From Coleofasciculus sp. B1-GNL1-01 (GTDB lineage: Bacteria > Cyanobacteriota > Cyanobacteriia > Cyanobacteriales > Coleofasciculaceae), in NCBI GenBank assembly GCA_040220235.1, contig JAVJTO010000103.1: a stretch of 37,210 nucleotides of DNA. One strand, written 5' to 3'. Below the pieces are notes generated by a model. It saw only the letters and a program-made list of their open reading frames with translations, was not told the DNA's origin and ran no database searches. The translations under genes were made by a program, and so were the position numbers. Within the stretch, counting starts at the first letter, position 1. Every line of letters begins with the position of its first letter. Below, piece by piece: positions 9,212 to 20,758 of the stretch.

Positions 9212-9507
9212 GCTCACGGGGTAACAAGCTAGCTGAAGTGTTGAGCCATCCTGCTTGTAGCCCATTTCTTCTTGTCACAGATAGGGTCAAAGATAGCAGT
9301 TGTTTCTGGGGGACTAGCCCCCCAGACCCCCCAATGGGGGACGAGCGCCTCCCCCATACCCCCTGCGCAACGCTTCGCTAATCCCATACCTCATCTGGTG
9401 GTCTTCATCTGTCAATCAGGATGTCAATAAGACTTCATCTTTGGAGATATTAATATCGCTCAAAGCCTCATTTTCAAAGGTGTAAGACGGCTTGTCACCC
9501 TTTCAGC
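9212..9507. mobile_element. MITE-like element (296 bp) abutting a HIP1 site
   Basis: 18-bp imperfect TIRs GCTCACGGGGTAACAAGC / reverse complement GCTGAAAGGGTGACAAGC (14/18). Internal G/C-run hairpins at 9306-9365; begins right after GCGATCGC at 9204-9211. Confidence 0.55.
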
Positions 9508-9543
9508 CTTCGTTGTTTGTCAATGAGGGGGTTGGTTGGTGTC

Positions 9544-10710
9544 TCAGGACAAAATGGTTTGTAATCCTTGCACTAAGCGTTCAATACCCTCGGCGACTGT
9601 TTCTTTTTGTAGCGCCCCATAAGCAATTCGTAGATAACAGCCCTCTTCCATGCCAAAGGTTGTACCGGGTAACACGGCGACGCGATGATCGCGAATTAAG
9701 CGTTCGACTAACTCGACTGGGTTGACTGAGGTATTAACTTTAAGCCAAAAATAAAACGCGCCATCGGCGGGTGCGATCGCACACAACCCATCCAATCGCT
9801 GTAACGCCTCTAATACCAACTGTCGCACCGTCGCGATCGCCTGAATATGGGGTTGGGTATAACTCATTCCCATCTGTAAAGCGGCTAAGGCGACATACTG
9901 GGAGACAACCGGGGGACAAATCAGAATTGTGTCCTGAATTTTCTTTACCGCCGCCAGCAGATGCTGGGGAATTACCATGTAGCCGATACGCCAACTGGCA
10001 AACCCATAAGTTTTAGATAGGGAATACAGAGAAATCGTATGGGAGTCACTCTGGGGAAACGCCGCCGGGGAAACGTGCTTGACGCCGTTATAGGTAAAAT
10101 ACTCATACGCTTCATCACTAATGTGATAAATTCCTCGTTCCCGACAGAGTTCATTTACCGCTTGTAACGCTGCTTTTGAATAAACCGCCCCGGTGGGATT
10201 ATTCGGTGAAATTGTCACCACGGCTTTGGTTTTCTCAGTGATGGCTTTCGCGATCGCCTGGGGACACAGTTGATAATTCTCATCCGTTGCCACAAGTACC
10301 GGATGGCAACTCGCCATGGTAATTGCCATTTCGTGGTTGAAATAGTAAGGCGTTTGAATAATAATCTCGTCTCCGGGAGAGGTAATGGCGAGAATGGCAT
10401 TCATAAACGCCATGTTTGCCCCTGCGGTGACGACGATACAGTTGTGTTGGTTGAGAGTAATCCGGTTATCTGTGTGCAGTTTGGCGGCAATTACAGATAA
10501 TAATGGTGCAATTCCCTGAACCGCCTTGTACTTGTGGTTATCAGGATCAGCCAGAAATTCCGGCAATCGGGCGATCGCCTCTGGTGGGGGAGGGTAATAC
10601 ACGACACCCTGTCCCAAGGAAATCGTACCGGGATGACGGCGAATCAGTTCCCCAACGATGGGAATCACAGGTGACTGTACCGCTTCCATGCGAGACGTTA
10701 AGGTAGACAT
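9544..10710 (-). CDS. PLP-dependent aminotransferase class I/II
   Basis: SLGQG, SPNNPTG, SDEAY, SLSKTYGFASWRIG. Confidence 0.95.
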   Translation of the reverse strand: MSTLTSRMEAVQSPVIPIVGELIRRHPGTISLGQGVVYYPPPPEAIARLPEFLADPDNHKYKAVQGIAPLLSVIAAKLHTDNRITLNQHNCIVVTAGANMAFMNAILAITSPGDEIIIQTPYYFNHEMAITMASCHPVLVATDENYQLCPQAIAKAITEKTKAVVTISPNNPTGAVYSKAALQAVNELCRERGIYHISDEAYEYFTYNGVKHVSPAAFPQSDSHTISLYSLSKTYGFASWRIGYMVIPQHLLAAVKKIQDTILICPPVVSQYVALAALQMGMSYTQPHIQAIATVRQLVLEALQRLDGLCAIAPADGAFYFWLKVNTSVNPVELVERLIRDHRVAVLPGTTFGMEEGCYLRIAYGALQKETVAEGIERLVQGLQTILS

Positions 10711-10792
10711 CGACGACTGATAATCATGATCAATTAAGGGCGCACGTCGTTGGTTCTTGAGTCAACTTAATCTCAAAACTTCACTTACCGTT

Positions 10793-10972
10793 TAGATCCC
10801 CCTAAATCCCCCTTAAAAAGGGGGACTTTGAATAATCTATGGTTCTCCCCACGCAAAAAAAGCGAAGTATCCTCTGGCTTCCCCCTTTTTAAGGGGGACG
10901 GGAGGGGGACGGAAGGGGGAGAATTCAAAGCCTCTCTCCTTGTAGGAGAGAGGTTTGGAGAGAGGTTTTCCA
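10793..10972. repeat. Composite cyanobacterial dispersed palindromic repeat
   Basis: CCCCCTTAAAAAGGGGG, CCCCCTTTTTAAGGGGG and CCTCTCTCCTTGTAGGAGAGAGG hairpins between folE and the aminotransferase. Confidence 0.8.
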
Positions 10973-10998
10973 AATGCCGTGAAACTATCCACCCTGAA

Positions 10999-11715
10999 CT
11001 ACATAAAACTCGGTTGATGGCGAATCAAATTGAGGAACTCTTCACGAGTTTTCTGTTCCTCTTGAAACACACCCACCATAGCGCTAGTTACCGTCCAGGA
11101 ACCGGGTTTTTGTACCCCTCGCATCACCATACACATGTGAGTGGCTTCCATGACTACAGCCACTCCCTGGGGTTCTAAAATAGTTTGAATGGCTTCGGCA
11201 ATCTGGCGGGTTAGGCGTTCCTGAACTTGTAGCCGCCGCGCATACATTTCCACAACACGCGCTAACTTACTCAATCCCACAACTTTCTGATTGGGAATAT
11301 AAGCAACATGCGCCCGTCCCATAAATGGCAGCATGTGGTGTTCACACAGGCTAAAGAAATTAATATCCCGTACTAACACCATTTCGTTGTGACCTTCATC
11401 AAAAATCGCCCCATTTACTAATTCTTCCAGGGACTGATTGTAGCCACCCGTCAAGAAGCGCATGGCTTCCGCGACTCGTTTTGGGGTTTTCAGTAATCCC
11501 TCACGTTCGGGATCTTCACCAACGCCTAAAAGTAGCGTCCGTACCGCGTCCATCATGTCTTCAGTTGAGGCTTCCCCAGGAATCTGTAACTTAGGTTCTT
11601 GACCATTCTGGGTATTGCGATCGGGTCGGGGTTCAACTTGAGTGGTGGAGGTGTTACGAGTTACAGGTGTCATAGAGTCAGAGCGATTCAAACCATTGGA
11701 GGACGCAATAGTCAT
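10999..11715 (-). CDS. folE: GTP cyclohydrolase I
   Basis: [44 protein letters not shown]. Start placed at MTIASS. Confidence 0.97.
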   Translation of the reverse strand: MTIASSNGLNRSDSMTPVTRNTSTTQVEPRPDRNTQNGQEPKLQIPGEASTEDMMDAVRTLLLGVGEDPEREGLLKTPKRVAEAMRFLTGGYNQSLEELVNGAIFDEGHNEMVLVRDINFFSLCEHHMLPFMGRAHVAYIPNQKVVGLSKLARVVEMYARRLQVQERLTRQIAEAIQTILEPQGVAVVMEATHMCMVMRGVQKPGSWTVTSAMVGVFQEEQKTREEFLNLIRHQPSFM

Positions 11716-11773
11716 AATTAGGTAGTATTGATAATCTTGACAAGGTTGGATGGGAGAGTTGGATGGTGCCGTT

Positions 11774-12499
11774 CTAGAGAGTTCCGGCACTGGGCATTAG
11801 AGTCAGGGAATCGATAACAGCCGCTTGGGGGATTAAGGCGACGTGCAAAAGAGATTGGGCAACAATTTCGGGGGTTAACATGGCTGACCGATTCAAGTCG
11901 GCTTTTACGGTGTCTGTATCCCAGATTGGCGTATTCACTGCACCTGGACATACCGTCACCACCCGAATACCATTGTCGCGTTCTTCAGCCGCTAGGGTTT
12001 TGGATAGGGCGATCAACCCGGCTTTGCTAACGTTGTAGGCACCCCAACCGGGAAAGGGTTGTTGACCCGCAATGGATGCCACGTTAATAATTGTGCCGTG
12101 TTGCTGCTGACGCATGGTGGGTAAAACACCAAGAATGCATTGCCATACACTGGTAAGATTGAGATCCATTACCTGCTGCCAGTCCGCTAAGGGGGTTTCC
12201 GTCAACGTCCCGGTATAGCCCATACCCGCATTGTTGACCAAAATATCCAGGGAGGCAAATTCCGCCGCGATCGCTTCGATTTTAGTTTTGACCTGATCGA
12301 GTTGACTCAGATCCAGGAGATAGGATTGAGCATTGACTCCAGCGTCTCGGGCGGCGGTGGCTACTGCCTCTAATTTGTCCTGGGAACGACTGACTAATGC
12401 CAGATCAATTCCGGCTTTGGCAAAGGCTAAAGCCGTAGCTTTGCCAATACCACTACTTGCGCCAGTAATCAAGGCACGTTTTTTAACGGAAGACGTCAT
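11774..12499 (-). CDS. Short-chain dehydrogenase/reductase (SDR)
   Basis: [17 protein letters not shown]; conserved position between accA and folE. Confidence 0.93.
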   Translation of the reverse strand: MTSSVKKRALITGASSGIGKATALAFAKAGIDLALVSRSQDKLEAVATAARDAGVNAQSYLLDLSQLDQVKTKIEAIAAEFASLDILVNNAGMGYTGTLTETPLADWQQVMDLNLTSVWQCILGVLPTMRQQQHGTIINVASIAGQQPFPGWGAYNVSKAGLIALSKTLAAEERDNGIRVVTVCPGAVNTPIWDTDTVKADLNRSAMLTPEIVAQSLLHVALIPQAAVIDSLTLMPSAGTL

Positions 12500-13088
12500 A
12501 AAATTTTCCAACTCAGATGCGGCAAGGGTTCCCCGATTAACTCATAAGGGTATTAGGGGAGGAAAGAGTCCGCCAACAAACATTTGAATTAAAGCAACAG
12601 CTAATCATTTCCTGCGGCTACATTCTCACTAAAAAGCCCTGGATACAACAATTTTCCTCTTTTTGATCTATATTTATCCCCAATTGGGATAAGGAAGATT
12701 AAGGAGGACAATCATATACCTCAAGCGATCGCCAACTGCTATGATCAGCAGCAAATTGTTGTAATCTGAACTAATTGATTCAACGACAGCCGCCTATAGA
12801 CAATATCGAACACAACCAACGTTCTCCGAGCTTCTTTGTCGGACAAACAATAAAGTTTGACAGTTAATCCCGAATGGCTAGGGTGACACTTGGATCAAGC
12901 TAGGGTTGACTTGCCGATGGATTAACGTCCTGACGCTAAGTTGTGAAGAATTGTTACAGATCTGATTATACGACTATCTGGGTTCCATTGACAAAAGGGC
13001 AGAAGTCGGAAGGATAATTCAGCCCTTATCCTTCTTGCTTAAGTTGGATGCCAAATTCCCCTTAATTATTGTAACGCTCAAACCGTCT

Positions 13089-14066
13089 TCAGGCATGTAG
13101 CTCAGTAAAAACCCCAATATGGCGAAACTTCTGATAGCGTAACTCCCGACGTTCCTTGGGACTCAACCGAGATAAATCTTCCAGATTTTGCAGGAGGGCA
13201 GCTTTAAGCGTTGCCGCAGCGGTTAAGGGGTCAGAATGAGCGCTGCCTAAGGGTTCAGGCACTAATTGATCCAAAATTCCTAAATCTTTCAGATCCCAGG
13301 CGGTTATCCGCAGCGCAGTGGCGGCTTGGGGGGCTTTTGCCGCATCTTTCCAGAGAATCGCGGCACAGGCTTCGGGAGTAGCCACCGTATAAACGGCTTG
13401 TTCCAGCATGAGAATGCGATCGCCCACGCCAATCCCCAAAGCACCACCCGATCCGCCTTCGCCAATCACCGTACAGATAATCGGCACATCCAGACGAAAC
13501 ATTTCCCGCAGATTATAGGCGATCGCTTCCCCTTGACCTAATTTTTCCGCATCAACACCTGCCCAAGCCCCCGGTGTATCAATAAACGTTAAAATCGGCA
13601 TCCCGAAGCGATTAGCATGGTCCATCAGCCGCATCGCCTTACGGTAACCACCGGGCGACGCCATGCCAAAGTTCCGCGCCACATTATCTTTGGTATCTCG
13701 CCCTTTCTGATGCCCTAACATCACCACCGGACGCCCGCCTAAGCGCCCAATCCCACCGACTAATGCCGGATCATCATAGCCGCTGCGATCGCCGTGTAAC
13801 TCCATCCATTCATCACTAATCGCCTGAATATAATCCAGCGTACTCGGACGCCGGGGGTGACGGGCTAACTGAAGCCGTTGGGCTGGAGATAAACTACTAA
13901 AAATTTCTTGACGTAGTTGTACCGCCCGTGCTTCTAACTGGCGAATTTGGTCAGAGACATCGACATTGTTGTCCTGGGCGAGTTCGCGAATTTGGTTAAT
14001 TCGGGTCTCTAATTCATACAGTGGCTTCTCAAAGTCCAGCAGAAAAATCCGGTTTGCAGTGGTCAT
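13089..14066 (-). CDS. accA: Acetyl-CoA carboxylase carboxyltransferase alpha
   Basis: [27 protein letters not shown]. Confidence 0.98.
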   Translation of the reverse strand: MTTANRIFLLDFEKPLYELETRINQIRELAQDNNVDVSDQIRQLEARAVQLRQEIFSSLSPAQRLQLARHPRRPSTLDYIQAISDEWMELHGDRSGYDDPALVGGIGRLGGRPVVMLGHQKGRDTKDNVARNFGMASPGGYRKAMRLMDHANRFGMPILTFIDTPGAWAGVDAEKLGQGEAIAYNLREMFRLDVPIICTVIGEGGSGGALGIGVGDRILMLEQAVYTVATPEACAAILWKDAAKAPQAATALRITAWDLKDLGILDQLVPEPLGSAHSDPLTAAATLKAALLQNLEDLSRLSPKERRELRYQKFRHIGVFTELHA

Positions 14067-14085
14067 GGGTCAGTCGTTTTATCCC

Positions 14086-15108
14086 TTAAACGTTCAGCAG
14101 CGGTCTAAATCCATGTTTAATTGACACCTGTCCAATTTTGTCCATCTTTTCTACCGTAATCTGATTCCGTCCCCAGGAAAAGTTGGTATACCATTTTTCA
14201 AATTCTAAGAGCATCGACTCGGCGAAGCAGGCAAATAGCTGACGCCCTGGATCTTTCATTTCCACGATTTGCATAATTTTCCAGTCGATATCCAATGAAT
14301 GCTCGACAATGCCTCCATTGAGAACATAAATGTCGGGATGTTGTAACTTGGTGGCTAAATTCTTGGGATACCCCCCATCAATCAGCAGACAGGGTTTTTT
14401 TAACGCCGAGGCATCAATGTCAATACCCTTAGCCATACTCGCCACCCAGACAATAATATCGGCTTGGGGTAATGCTTCCTCTAAGCCCAGGATTTTGCCG
14501 CGCCCTAATTGATCTTGTAAGGCTTGCAATCGTTCCTGGTTACGGGCGGTTAAGAGAATCTCGGCGACATCGGTGCGGGTATTGAGCCAACGACAAACGG
14601 CACTGCCAATATCACCCGTTGCTCCACAAACCGCCACAGTAGCTTTTGACAGGTCAATGCCCAGCTTTTGCGCCCCTTGTTCGACTTGGGCACACAGGAT
14701 GTAGGCTGTGTGGGTGTTACCTGTGGTGAAGCGCTCAAACTCTAACTTGATATTGCGAACCTGGCTTTTCTCATATAAGTGGAATTCTTCAAAAATAATT
14801 GACGAAAAGCCACCTAATGCGGTAATTTCAATGCCGTTTTTTTGGGCATGAGCCATCGCGTTGAGAACTTTACGGATAGCGGCTTTAATCCGGCGCGTGG
14901 CTAGCATCTCTGGCAAAAAGCATGATTCCACATAGCGTCCTTCTATCGTCTCCCCGGTTAGGCTAGTCACCTTAATGGTGTCCACGATTTGGGGAGGGGC
15001 GCTGCACCAAAAATCTAACCCTTGGTCAGCATATTCTGGGTAGCCTAGATCTCTGGCGACGGCTTGGGCGTGTTGCAAACTGGTGAGGTGACCGATAAGA
15101 CCAAACAT
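14086..15108 (-). CDS. aar: Acyl-ACP reductase (aldehyde-forming)
   Basis: [34 protein letters not shown]. Confidence 0.98.
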   Translation of the reverse strand: MFGLIGHLTSLQHAQAVARDLGYPEYADQGLDFWCSAPPQIVDTIKVTSLTGETIEGRYVESCFLPEMLATRRIKAAIRKVLNAMAHAQKNGIEITALGGFSSIIFEEFHLYEKSQVRNIKLEFERFTTGNTHTAYILCAQVEQGAQKLGIDLSKATVAVCGATGDIGSAVCRWLNTRTDVAEILLTARNQERLQALQDQLGRGKILGLEEALPQADIIVWVASMAKGIDIDASALKKPCLLIDGGYPKNLATKLQHPDIYVLNGGIVEHSLDIDWKIMQIVEMKDPGRQLFACFAESMLLEFEKWYTNFSWGRNQITVEKMDKIGQVSIKHGFRPLLNV

Positions 15109-15243
15109 TTACTGCTCGCTGGTAAGGCTGTTAATCAGGGGAAAACGGGAAATTAGGGTAAGAATTTGTTAAGGACATTTAAAAATATTATCAGGAATAT
15201 TGGGGAGATGGGGAAGGTGGGGGAGTCATGGTGCAGGGGAGGG

Positions 15244-15273
15244 TGTAGAGACGTAGCGTGCTACGTCTCTACA
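15244..15273. repeat. GTAG-type REP palindrome TGTAGAGACGTAGC-GT-GCTACGTCTCTACA
   Basis: Perfect 14-bp stem. Degenerate copies at 671-690, 20771-20794, 24218-24241 and 25565-25588. Confidence 0.85.
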
Positions 15274-15300
15274 TTCAACGATTACATCTAGGTGGTGGAG

Positions 15301-16020
15301 TTAGGCTGCTGTCAATCCGTAGGCGGACATCCGCATGATGTCACGGGTGGTAAAACCGATGTTGCTGAGGGCTTCACCGTAGGCGATCATGAAGTCTTCT
15401 ACGAGCGCATCTTTTTCCATTCCCAGGATATGAGCATCCTTCTCAACTTGGTTGAGCATACGCCAAACCAGGGGCAAGTTTTGCTTATTGGCTTGTTCGA
15501 GTTCGGTTTTCGAGGCTTCAAAGTTCTCCTTGAGCCACTCTTCGCCAAAATTCAGGTGCATGTACTCGTCTTTGACTACACCTTCGGTGATTTTTCGGGC
15601 AAAGGGATCAGCAACGGGAATGTAAATGTTATACGCGGCGATCGCGAAACATTCAATAATCAGCGATTGGATCAGCAAGCAGGTGACGATATTACCTGAG
15701 GCGGCGGCGGTTTGGAAGTTTTGGTGTAAATCGCTGAAATACTCCTTGGCAAACTCCATATCCGCTGTGACACTCAAGTTTCGACCACAGGCTTGAAACC
15801 CCTTCTTATGGCGGTTTTCCATCTTTGCTAGGCTGGTTAGCTCATCCTTTTGGTCGGGTAGCAGTTCAGCCAGTTGGATGTAGTTCTGATGAGCTTCTTG
15901 TTCCCCTTCGATCACGATCGCGTTGATGCGGCTATAGGCGTCCTTGTATGTTTCACTGTTGAAATCTAGCTCTTGACTGACTGTAAGCGACTGCATCAGT
16001 AGATTTTCTCCTGTTTGCAT
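15301..16020 (-). CDS. ado: Aldehyde-deformylating oxygenase
   Basis: [23 protein letters not shown] and DEYMH di-iron ligands; alternative start at 15996. Confidence 0.98.
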   Translation of the reverse strand: MQTGENLLMQSLTVSQELDFNSETYKDAYSRINAIVIEGEQEAHQNYIQLAELLPDQKDELTSLAKMENRHKKGFQACGRNLSVTADMEFAKEYFSDLHQNFQTAAASGNIVTCLLIQSLIIECFAIAAYNIYIPVADPFARKITEGVVKDEYMHLNFGEEWLKENFEASKTELEQANKQNLPLVWRMLNQVEKDAHILGMEKDALVEDFMIAYGEALSNIGFTTRDIMRMSAYGLTAA

Positions 16021-16250
16021 GAGTAGACGTGTTTCAAAAAAGCTTTGAACCTAATCCTAGACCGTTGGCTCAAAACCGCTATATCAAACTTAACCCATCA
16101 ATCATATATGGTGAGAGGTATTGCACAATAGTGCTTTAGACAGAAAATTTTTCCCTCAATCATCAGTATTCACTTATTAAAAGCATAGGATTAAACAAAG
16201 ATAAATGTCTAAATCGCTACAGATTTGGGCTTCGTCATTTGTGCTTTGCT

Positions 16251-16300
16251 CCCTCTGCTTCCCCTGCTCCCCCAGCTCCCCCAGCTTCCCCTGCTCCCCA
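16251..16300. repeat. Short tandem CCCC(T/A)GCT-type repeats
   Basis: CCCTCTGCTTCCCCTGCTCCCCCAGCTCCCCCAGCTTCCCCTGCTCCCC. Confidence 0.8.
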
Positions 16301-16325
16301 TCACGACGGAACGAAACGCTAGAAT

Positions 16326-17303
16326 GTGGAGTCGAATGCTTATTCATCTCTTACTTGCTTATCCATGTTTGATTGGATCTGGTTATCTCGCGTCGCAGGG
16401 CTAGGATTAGTAGGAACCGCTGCTGGATCTGCCTTATTCTTTGGTATATTGGGGCGAACCGTCTTCTTGGAACCCAATACTCGTCACTTGAACTCAGAAG
16501 CCGCGATCGCACCGGGTAAGACTCAAGCTGTAACGTTACCCCCGCAACCGTTACCCTTGCTAACTTTACCCAAATCTCCTCCCGCCTCGGAGGTATCCCA
16601 GAAATCTCTTCCGGTTCTTTCGCGTCCATTCGATCTCAAGCAAAGCCTCAGCACCTATCAGCCTCTGTTTTCAGCACCAACCTCTTTAGGGATGGTGGCT
16701 ATTGGTGTAGCCGAGGGGAATTACCGTTTGTTTATTGAAAATGGCAATCTCTATGTTCAGCAAACCCGGTTCTACTTTGGACATACTGACCCCGGTAACT
16801 TATCTTGGGGGGATGTGGTCACGAATTATGGACCCTGTAGTGATCAAGGACGCAGTGGTGGAGATATTGCCTTAGCCGAACAACTGTGTTTAGAGCGATC
16901 GCGATCGCGATTACCTACTCATCTAGTCGATTTGAATGAGGCGGGTATTGACCCAGAACGGGATTTAGAGGCTTTACTCAATGTAGCTGATTTATACAAT
17001 CAGGCAATGCCTATCCATTCTCGCCACTTTCCTCAAGCCCTCGCCATCGCCAAAAAAGGCGGGTTAAAGGGAATTGATGCCTTAGCATGGGCAAGAACAG
17101 CATCTTTTTACCTCAATGTCAATAACGAGTTGGATTTAGAGACAGGTTCCAACAAAGCCACAGGACTTTTAGGCATCTGCGCTAGAGAAAACCTACCTAT
17201 AACTGAATGGGACTGTGTTTACAAAGATCAACTACGACGAGTCAAAGCCATTGCCTCGGTTGTTGATAAATATCGCCAAATCTACCAATCAAACGCAAAT
17301 TAG
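16326..17303 (+). CDS. Membrane-anchored hypothetical protein (N-terminal TM, Pro-rich linker, AEGN...GHTDPGN domain)
   Basis: 325-aa ORF with 3 HIP1 sites; start may be the ATG at 16365. Confidence 0.8.
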   Translation: MESNAYSSLTCLSMFDWIWLSRVAGLGLVGTAAGSALFFGILGRTVFLEPNTRHLNSEAAIAPGKTQAVTLPPQPLPLLTLPKSPPASEVSQKSLPVLSRPFDLKQSLSTYQPLFSAPTSLGMVAIGVAEGNYRLFIENGNLYVQQTRFYFGHTDPGNLSWGDVVTNYGPCSDQGRSGGDIALAEQLCLERSRSRLPTHLVDLNEAGIDPERDLEALLNVADLYNQAMPIHSRHFPQALAIAKKGGLKGIDALAWARTASFYLNVNNELDLETGSNKATGLLGICARENLPITEWDCVYKDQLRRVKAIASVVDKYRQIYQSNAN

Positions 17304-17487
17304 AGGTGGCTGAATTAAGGATTGTGGTGAGAATAGGGAACGGGGAACAGGGATCGATTGTTGTAGTGCGTTTAGCGAAGCCATGCCGCAGGCTTTGCGT
17401 CTCGCTCGCTATTTTGTATGAGTTTTTATCTATCGAGGCAAATTTGCTGTCACTAAATGAACTTGAGTTTCTAGCGGATGAGTTTGG

Positions 17488-18486
17488 CTATAAGTCTAAG
17501 CTTTCAATCGTTTGATGCAGCACCTGAGCCGAATGGTTAAGTTGCTTTTTTTCATCCGGGGTTAGTTCTAAATTTAATATCCGAGTGACACCTTGACGGT
17601 TAACTACCGCAGGCGAACTCAAGCAGACATCGTGGATATCATAGCGCCCATCTAGCAAAGTACTGACCGTCAAAACTTGGTTTTGATCGCGCAACACTGC
17701 CTGCACAATCTGAGTTACACCCAAACCAATAGCATAGCAAGTTGCTCCCTTGCGCTGGATGATTTCGTAAGCCGCATTCTTAACTTGTTCAAAAATATGT
17801 TTAGGATAGTCACTATTGCTTACATTTCCATCCTCTAAGTAGTCCTCAAACAAGTGCATACCCGATATATTTACCTTGCTCCACACCGGAACTTCACTAT
17901 CGCCATGCTCACCAATAATATAAGCATGAATACTGCGAGGATCAAGTTTAATTTTATCAGCTAATAAGGAAAGGAAACGAGCAGTGTCTAGCACCGTTCC
18001 TGAGCCAAATACGCGATTTTTAGGCAATCCAGATAGCTTTAATGTCACGTAAGTCATAATATCTACTGGGTTAGTAACCACTAGCAAAATTGCATTCGGA
18101 CAATGTTCCACGACTTCCGGAATTAAATCCTTGAAAATCTTAACATTACGATGAACCAAATCTAAACGACTTTCCCCAGGTTTTTGTTTCGAGCCAGCCG
18201 TAATAACTACAATATCTGGATTATTACTATCTTTTAGTGTTCCGGCACGTACTGCTGTTGGTTCAACGAAGGGTAATCCATGGTTTAAATCCATCACTTC
18301 TCCTTTCATTTTCTCCTGATTTTTGTCAACAATCAGTAAGTCATTCAAGGTATTTTGAATCACCATGGAGTACGCACAAGCCATACCCACTTGACCTGCA
18401 CCAATCACTACACCCTTAAGAGGAGGACGTTTTTTCAGAGAAGCATAATTAGTTTCACTTATAGTTGTAAAGAATTGTTCCAGCAT
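17488..18486 (-). CDS. ldh: L-lactate dehydrogenase
   Basis: GAGQVG, QKPGESR (Gln favours LDH over MDH), NPVD, LDTAR, GEHGDS. Confidence 0.95.
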   Translation of the reverse strand: MLEQFFTTISETNYASLKKRPPLKGVVIGAGQVGMACAYSMVIQNTLNDLLIVDKNQEKMKGEVMDLNHGLPFVEPTAVRAGTLKDSNNPDIVVITAGSKQKPGESRLDLVHRNVKIFKDLIPEVVEHCPNAILLVVTNPVDIMTYVTLKLSGLPKNRVFGSGTVLDTARFLSLLADKIKLDPRSIHAYIIGEHGDSEVPVWSKVNISGMHLFEDYLEDGNVSNSDYPKHIFEQVKNAAYEIIQRKGATCYAIGLGVTQIVQAVLRDQNQVLTVSTLLDGRYDIHDVCLSSPAVVNRQGVTRILNLELTPDEKKQLNHSAQVLHQTIESLDL

Positions 18487-18625
18487 TGTTGTTATTCACA
18501 AATCTAAATCTCTTGAGACAAGAATAATGAGTTTATCAAGGAACACCATCCCTATCTAGACATAAATAGAGCTGGAATTGATTATGTCTTAAGGTAGAAC
18601 CAATGAATTTTAGATTTAAGAGTTT

Positions 18626-20140
18626 TCAGGATTTGAGCGGTAGTTCCACAGTAAAAGTGGCTCCCTGTCCCTCACCATCACTTTCACACCACACGGTTCC
18701 CCCATGGAGTTCAACCAAGTGACGCACAATCGCTAGTCCTAATCCTAGCCCGCCATGGGAACGAGTTATTGAGCCTTCGGCTTGGCGAAAGCGGTCAAAA
18801 ATGTAAGGCGCAATGTCAACTGATATCCCCTTACCCGTGTCTTGCACCCGAATTTGTACCGCATTTTCTAACCATTCCAAATAAATCTTGACTTGTCCGT
18901 GAGTTGGGGTAAACTTAATCGCATTCGACAAAAGATTCCAAACAATTTGTTGTAAGCGATCGCTATCCCCCTGGATCACCCTTTGGCTTGGTTCTAAAAA
19001 TGAGTCAATCTGAATACTTTTAGCGTCAGCGGCGGGTTGTAAGGTATCAATTGCGGCGTTGATAACCTGCTGCAAGTCAACCGGGATCACAGTTAAGCGC
19101 AAGTTACCCCGAATAATCCGCGACACATCCAGCAAGTCATCAATAAGCTGGGCTTGAGACTTAGCATTGCGTTCAATTACTTCTAACGCCCGCTCAAGCT
19201 TGTCTGAACTCAACTGCTTTCTCCGCAAAAGTCCCGCCCATCCTAGAATCGCATTCAGGGGCGTTCTCAATTCATGGGATAGGGTGGCTAAAAATTCATC
19301 TTTTAAGCGATTCGCGGTTTCTGCTTCAGTGCGAGCGGCTTGTTCACTCTTGAGTAATTGAGTCCGTTCTGCTTCCGCTTGCTTGCGCTGGGTGACATCT
19401 TCAATCGCGCCCTCATAGTACATGACTTCGCCCTGAACATTGCGAATAGCACGAGCATTATAGCGTACCCAAATCATGGTATTATCACACCGACGCATCG
19501 GTATTTCCAAGTCTCGTACCACTCCTTCGCCGTCTATCTGACTCTGCCATAAACGATTGGCTTGGGTATCGACAAGGTGCTTGGATATATTTGTATCCAG
19601 CAAGGCTTTTAGACTAGGATATCCTAATAGTTGCAACAGGGTTGGATTGGCTTCAATAATTTGACCCGTTGGTGTCATTCGGTAAAGTCCAATGGGTACG
19701 CTTTCAAAGAGTTGTTGATATCGTTGTTGCATCTCTTTGAAGGCTTGATGTTGCTTAGAGCGTTCCCAGGCTGCTCGCACGGCGGCGGCAAGACGAGTAT
19801 AATGCTGAGGGGATTTAATAATATAATCGTCAAGTCCTGACTTCATCGCCTCAACAGCAACTTCTTCGTTTCCTGTCCCGGTAAACATGACTACAGGTGT
19901 ATCTGGATACTGCTGCTTGACTTGGTGCAGTACGTTTAAACCATTGCTCCAACGCAAGCTATAATCAGTGATGACGATATCAAAGTTTTGCTCGGCTAAT
20001 GCCTGCTTGAGTTGGCTAATATCAGTAATCTCTTTAGACTGTAATTGCTCAAATTCCTGCTCTAGTCGGCGTAGCGCTAACATGCGATCGTCGGGGTTAT
20101 CGTCAATTAGCAGGATTCTTACGGGATTGTCATTTGTCAT
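18626..20140 (-). CDS. Hybrid sensor kinase REC-PAS-HisKA-HATPase
   Basis: N-terminal receiver, SHELRTPL, NLLSNAIKF, DTGKG, GLGLGL. Confidence 0.95.
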   Translation of the reverse strand: MTNDNPVRILLIDDNPDDRMLALRRLEQEFEQLQSKEITDISQLKQALAEQNFDIVITDYSLRWSNGLNVLHQVKQQYPDTPVVMFTGTGNEEVAVEAMKSGLDDYIIKSPQHYTRLAAAVRAAWERSKQHQAFKEMQQRYQQLFESVPIGLYRMTPTGQIIEANPTLLQLLGYPSLKALLDTNISKHLVDTQANRLWQSQIDGEGVVRDLEIPMRRCDNTMIWVRYNARAIRNVQGEVMYYEGAIEDVTQRKQAEAERTQLLKSEQAARTEAETANRLKDEFLATLSHELRTPLNAILGWAGLLRRKQLSSDKLERALEVIERNAKSQAQLIDDLLDVSRIIRGNLRLTVIPVDLQQVINAAIDTLQPAADAKSIQIDSFLEPSQRVIQGDSDRLQQIVWNLLSNAIKFTPTHGQVKIYLEWLENAVQIRVQDTGKGISVDIAPYIFDRFRQAEGSITRSHGGLGLGLAIVRHLVELHGGTVWCESDGEGQGATFTVELPLKS

Positions 20141-20146
20141 TTTTCA

Positions 20147-20208
20147 GGGAATAGGGAACAGGGAACTGGGAATGGGGAATAGGGAACGGGGAATAGGGAA
20201 CGGGGAAT
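20147..20208. repeat. STRR heptamer array (GGGAAYN)
   Basis: About 9 tandem 7-mers between the RR and the hybrid kinase. Confidence 0.9.
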
Positions 20209-20215
20209 TTATAAT

Positions 20216-20671
20216 TCAGACTAAAGGTTTTTCGTTGAACATTAACCAATATAGGTCAAGAGCCCGAATCATTTCTAAAAAATCATGAAAGTTTACAGGT
20301 TTCACTAAATAAGAATTTGCGCCCATATCATACGCTTTATTAATATCCGGCGTTTCTCTGGATGCCGTTAATACCACCACTAATAGACGTTTTAACCGAG
20401 ATTGCTGTCGAATCCAAGCTAAAACTTCTAAACCGGATTTACGAGGTAGTTTTAAATCGAGTAAGATAAGAGTTGGAATAGGATGGGAGTTTAGGTTATC
20501 ATACGGTGCTTTGCGGTCTAGGTAACTGATTGCCTCCTCTCCATTTGTGACAACTTGCAGTGAATGAGGTAAATCGAGGCGTTTAAATGCACGCTGAATT
20601 AAAAAAACGTCATTATCATCATCTTCAACGAGTAAAATATCAGCAGGTTTGCTACTCATAATTGTCTCCAT
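20216..20671 (-). CDS. Single-domain response regulator, Rcp1/phytochrome-associated type
   Basis: LLVEDD, ILLDLKLP, AY..GANSYLVKP, C-terminal YW motif. Confidence 0.92.
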   Translation of the reverse strand: METIMSSKPADILLVEDDDNDVFLIQRAFKRLDLPHSLQVVTNGEEAISYLDRKAPYDNLNSHPIPTLILLDLKLPRKSGLEVLAWIRQQSRLKRLLVVVLTASRETPDINKAYDMGANSYLVKPVNFHDFLEMIRALDLYWLMFNEKPLV

Positions 20672-20758
20672 AGAACTTACTCAAAACCTCAAAGACTGAG
20701 GAGAACAGGTTTAGTCGTTTATCAGTTTACAGCTAAACCTGATCGGTAAAACCCGCCC

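Noticed and set aside
10785..11178. 62-aa and 116-aa ORFs
   Set aside because: Derived from palindromic repeats or antisense to folE.
12942..12958. NtcA site TGTGAAGAATTGTTACA
   Set aside because: Spacer is 9 nt and the first half-site is GTG.
10999..16020. ado-aar-accA-SDR-folE as a novel cluster
   Set aside because: Well-known conserved cyanobacterial arrangement.
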